Part shown: in pieces, positions 37,643 through 40,660 of the stretch
Layout of the letters: every line of letters starts with the position of its first letter
How positions within the stretch are numbered: position 1 is the stretch's first letter
Source of the DNA: Armatimonadota bacterium
GTDB taxonomy: Bacteria > Vulcanimicrobiota > JACPDS01 > JBDRKI01
Direction: 5' to 3'
Length of the DNA stretch: 40,660 bases
Assembly: GCA_043814095.1 (NCBI GenBank)
Contig: JBDRKI010000031.1
Coordinates: forward strand, 1 to 40,660
The notes under the pieces: model-generated
Database searches by the model: none
What the model was told of the DNA's origin: nothing
The model's input: the letters and a program-made list of their open reading frames with translations, nothing else
Program-made: the position numbers and the translations under genes

Positions 37643-38563
37643 TTACGATTCCTCAATCAATGCAACAAAAACATCTTCAAGCGACGGTATTATCCTATCG
37701 GCTTTTATTAATCTTATCCCTGCTGTTTTAAACAACGTTTCTATTTTAGATAAAGACGCCTTCGCGTCCGTAACGGTAACATGCAGGGTGTTCCCGAAAA
37801 CAGCGTTATCAATATTGTTTTTCTGTAAGGCCTCCATCGCCTCAAATAATTTATCTACTTCTACTTCCAATACTTCTTTTTTCATGTAATCATGTTTTAA
37901 AGACGCCGGGGTGCCTTCCGCTATAATTTTCCCCCTGTATATGAGGGCGAGCCTGCCGCAGTATTCGGCCTCATCCATATAATGGGTTGTTACGAATATG
38001 GTAGTTCCTTTCTCCGACATATCGTATATAAGATTCCAGAAGTTTCTTCTTGATATCGGATCAACGCCCGAAGTCGGTTCATCTAAAAATAGTATCGGCG
38101 GTTCGTGAAGTATGGCGCATCCCAGCGCGAGGCGCTGTTTATAACCCTGCGGGAGTGATGAAGTAATATCCGAACATCTTGCCTCAAGACCAGCCATTTT
38201 AAGCACCTGTTTTTTTCTTTCCTCTTTTTTTTCAGCGGGGACATTATAGACCCCGCTGAAAAAATTTATGTTTTCCTCAACAGTAAGATCGTTGTAAAGT
38301 GAAAATTTCTGGGACATATAACCGATATGGGTTTTTATCTTTTCCGGCTCTTTATTTACATCATACCCGCCGACTGAGCCGTCTCCGCTTGTGGGAAATA
38401 AAAGCCCGCAGAGCATCCTTATGGTTGTGGATTTGCCGGCGCCGTTAGGCCCTAAAAAGCCGAAGATCTCGCCTTTTTTAACTTCAAAATTAATATGATC
38501 CACGGCGGTAAAGTCCCCGAACTTTTTAGTTAAATTTTTAACCGATACTGTTATATTATCCAT
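37643..38563 (-). CDS. ABC transporter ATP-binding protein (YbhF C-half-like)
   Basis: GPNGAGKST, YMSQKFSLY, degenerate signature LPQGYKQ, LDEPTSG. Confidence 0.93.
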   Translation of the reverse strand: MDNITVSVKNLTKKFGDFTAVDHINFEVKKGEIFGFLGPNGAGKSTTIRMLCGLLFPTSGDGSVGGYDVNKEPEKIKTHIGYMSQKFSLYNDLTVEENINFFSGVYNVPAEKKEERKKQVLKMAGLEARCSDITSSLPQGYKQRLALGCAILHEPPILFLDEPTSGVDPISRRNFWNLIYDMSEKGTTIFVTTHYMDEAEYCGRLALIYRGKIIAEGTPASLKHDYMKKEVLEVEVDKLFEAMEALQKNNIDNAVFGNTLHVTVTDAKASLSKIETLFKTAGIRLIKADRIIPSLEDVFVALIEES

Positions 38564-39479
38564 GCGCTTCCACCATATTTATAAATACATCTTCCAGTGA
38601 AGGGACAACCTGCTTTAAAGCTTTTATGTTAATACCGTTTTTTTTAAATTCCGCGGATATTGTATCCGCGGTTTTTTTATTTTCCAAAAGCGCGTGTATT
38701 TTTTCGCCGTAAACGCTCACGCTTTTTACATCTTGAATTTTAGATATTACTCGCTTAGCTTTATGTATATCATCCACTATAATTTCTACCATCGGAAATT
38801 TAATTGTTTTCTTAATATCCGCGGGGGTGTCTTTAATAAGCAGGCGCCCTTTATAAATAAGGCCCACCCTGTTGCAGCGCTCCGCTTCGTCAAGGTAAGC
38901 TGTTGAAACAAGAATTGTCATCCCGCCTTTTAAAAGCTGGTAAAGTATTCTCCAGAAATCCCTGCGTGACGTGGGATCAACGCCGTTTGTAGGCTCGTCT
39001 AAAAAAAGAACTTCCGGGGTATGTATAAGCGCACACGCAAGCCCGAGTTTCTGCTTCATTCCGCCTGAGAGGTTTCCCGCAAGACGGTTTTTAAAGGGGG
39101 TAAGGTTGCTGAAGCCGAGCAGTTCTTCAATGCGGGAAGCGCGCTCACCTGCCGGCACTTTATAAATATCTGCATAGAAATTAATATTCTCTATCACTGT
39201 AAGATCTTCATATAATCCGAACCTCTGGGACATATAACCTATCTTATCCCTTATAAATGAGGATTGTTTAGGAAGAGTGAAGCCGGAAACCTGCGCTTCT
39301 CCGCCTGAAGGAAGCATTATGCCCGTAAGGATGCGCATTGTGGTTGTTTTGCCGGCGCCATCAGGACCGACAAGCCCGAAAAGCTCGCCCTTTTTAACCT
39401 CAAAAGTTAAATTATCAAGGGCTTTATTATCACCGAAAAATTTTGTAAGATTTGTTGTTGTTATGGCATTTTCATTCAT
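38556..39479 (-). CDS. ABC transporter ATP-binding protein (YbhF N-half-like)
   Basis: GPDGAGKTT, LSGGMKQ, LDEPTNG. Confidence 0.93.
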   Translation of the reverse strand: MNENAITTTNLTKFFGDNKALDNLTFEVKKGELFGLVGPDGAGKTTTMRILTGIMLPSGGEAQVSGFTLPKQSSFIRDKIGYMSQRFGLYEDLTVIENINFYADIYKVPAGERASRIEELLGFSNLTPFKNRLAGNLSGGMKQKLGLACALIHTPEVLFLDEPTNGVDPTSRRDFWRILYQLLKGGMTILVSTAYLDEAERCNRVGLIYKGRLLIKDTPADIKKTIKFPMVEIIVDDIHKAKRVISKIQDVKSVSVYGEKIHALLENKKTADTISAEFKKNGINIKALKQVVPSLEDVFINMVEAHG

Positions 39480-40462
39480 TTTAATAATATCTTAACATCT
39501 GCCGGCATACCCGGCTTAAGATCGCCGTTTTCGTCTTTAACTTTAACTTTCACTCTGAATACCAGCTTAACCCTTTCTTCTTCTGTCTGAATATTTTTAG
39601 GCGTAAATTCCGCCCTGCCTGATATAAAAGAGACATAACCGTCAAAATCTTTGCCGGGATATGAATCAACATTAACAAGAGCTTTCTGGTTTAATTTTAC
39701 AAGCCCCAGGTCTTGTTCGTTTACATATACCCTTACCCAGGGGTCGGACATATCTCCCATAACAAAAACAGGTGTACCTGCCGCTACAATATCACCGATT
39801 TCAACATTCTTTTTTAATATTACAGTGCCTACCGGCGAATATATGACTGTATTTTTCAGCTGCTCCTGCGCCTGCGCCAATGCCGCTTCAGCCTGCTTAA
39901 CACGGTGCTCTGCGGCTATTATCTGTTCTGACCTGAAACCCGCTTTCGCGAGAGAAAGGGCTTCTTCTGCGGCTTTACGCTTGGCTTTAGCCGTACTATA
40001 CATTCTTGTTGATTCATCAAGCTGCTGGGCGGCTACTGCCCCGTTTTCATAAAGCTCTTTATATCTTTTATAATTCTTCTCGGCGTTTACAAAATCGGCT
40101 TGGGCGGCATTTAAGTTGGCCTGGGCCTGCTGTATCTCCTGATGCCTTAAGCCGGACTGTAAGTCTTTTAAATTAGCCACGATTACTTTTAACTGCTGTT
40201 CGGCCTGGGCTACAAAATCCTTAAGCTCCGCGTCGTCAATGGTTGCGATTTTCTGCCCCGCTTTAACCGCATCACCTTCATCAACAAAAAGAGCGGTAAT
40301 CCTGCCGGGGATCTTAAACCCGGGATTAATCTCGGTAACTTCCACATTGCCGTGCAGGAGAAGATAAGCGCCGTTTGACTTACTTTCCTCTTTTTTGAAT
40401 ATAAAGATAATTATTAATACAACTGCCAGAATTATAATGGGAATAATGATTTTTTTGCTCAT
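39476..40462 (-). CDS. HlyD-family membrane fusion protein (YbhG-like)
   Basis: N-terminal anchor, lipoyl halves (GRI...VDEGD.V), coiled coil, AEFTPKNIQT, LKPGMPADV. Confidence 0.93.
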   Translation of the reverse strand: MSKKIIIPIIILAVVLIIIFIFKKEESKSNGAYLLLHGNVEVTEINPGFKIPGRITALFVDEGDAVKAGQKIATIDDAELKDFVAQAEQQLKVIVANLKDLQSGLRHQEIQQAQANLNAAQADFVNAEKNYKRYKELYENGAVAAQQLDESTRMYSTAKAKRKAAEEALSLAKAGFRSEQIIAAEHRVKQAEAALAQAQEQLKNTVIYSPVGTVILKKNVEIGDIVAAGTPVFVMGDMSDPWVRVYVNEQDLGLVKLNQKALVNVDSYPGKDFDGYVSFISGRAEFTPKNIQTEEERVKLVFRVKVKVKDENGDLKPGMPADVKILLK

Positions 40463-40560
40463 TTTATCACCTTCAATATAATGATATTATAATAAAGTAA
40501 TATTCTGTAATTTATATGTATATCCTGTAAAAATACTCCACTTGACCTATATCCGTATGC

Positions 40561-40574
40561 GGGGGGGGGGGGGG
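40561..40574 (+). repeat. G14 homopolymer in intergenic region
   Basis: 14 consecutive G in an AT-rich region upstream of the exporter operon. Confidence 0.8.
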
Positions 40575-40660
40575 TGTAATAATATAGGTTGGACTAGTAA
40601 ACAAGTTTTATTAAAACTTGTATTTAATGTTAAAAAGAATTAAAAAAAAAATAAAAAAAA

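Noticed and set aside
37643-39479. Split ybhF as a pseudogene
   Set aside because: Both halves are complete ATPases with their own start and C-terminal domain; two-gene versions are ordinary
4535-40052. Numerous antisense/overlapping ORFs (e.g. 5132-5512, 9017-9427, 11287-11904, 18152-18685, 20552-21082, 22587-23144, 35489-36031, 39651-40052)
   Set aside because: Shadows of well-supported genes, with no motifs or ribosome-binding sites

Overview
A low-GC bacterial chromosomal segment, probably from an anaerobe; the taxon cannot be determined from the sequence. Housekeeping genes (ndk, rsmI, uvrB, trpS, lepA, gpmA, add, pgeF) are interleaved with envelope genes (two SpoIID/LytB proteins, a transpeptidase-domain-only PBP, several exported proteins), a DUF4258/DUF2283 toxin-antitoxin-like pair, a NuoE/NuoF/GltD-fusion Fe-S flavoenzyme operon with no hydrogenase or molybdopterin catalytic domain, and a five-gene YbhGFSR-like ABC exporter. 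An accessory island between rsmI and uvrB holds a decayed IS91/ISCR-type transposase whose 3' end is directly duplicated around an AAA+DUF4143 ATPase; the end of that element may supply the uvrB promoter. A short ISNCY/IS1202-like right-end relic lies at about 34.2-34.3 kb. The most unusual locus is a four-gene operon at 10628-15597 (-): a wHTH/Zn-ribbon + PD-(D/E)xK-like + tandem Roadblock protein, a stand-alone Roadblock protein, a REC-Rossmann-GAF-HisKA_3 hybrid kinase and a NarL-type regulator, with no MglA-type GTPase. No rRNA, tRNA or CRISPR array was seen. All domain calls are by-eye motif recognition, not database searches.
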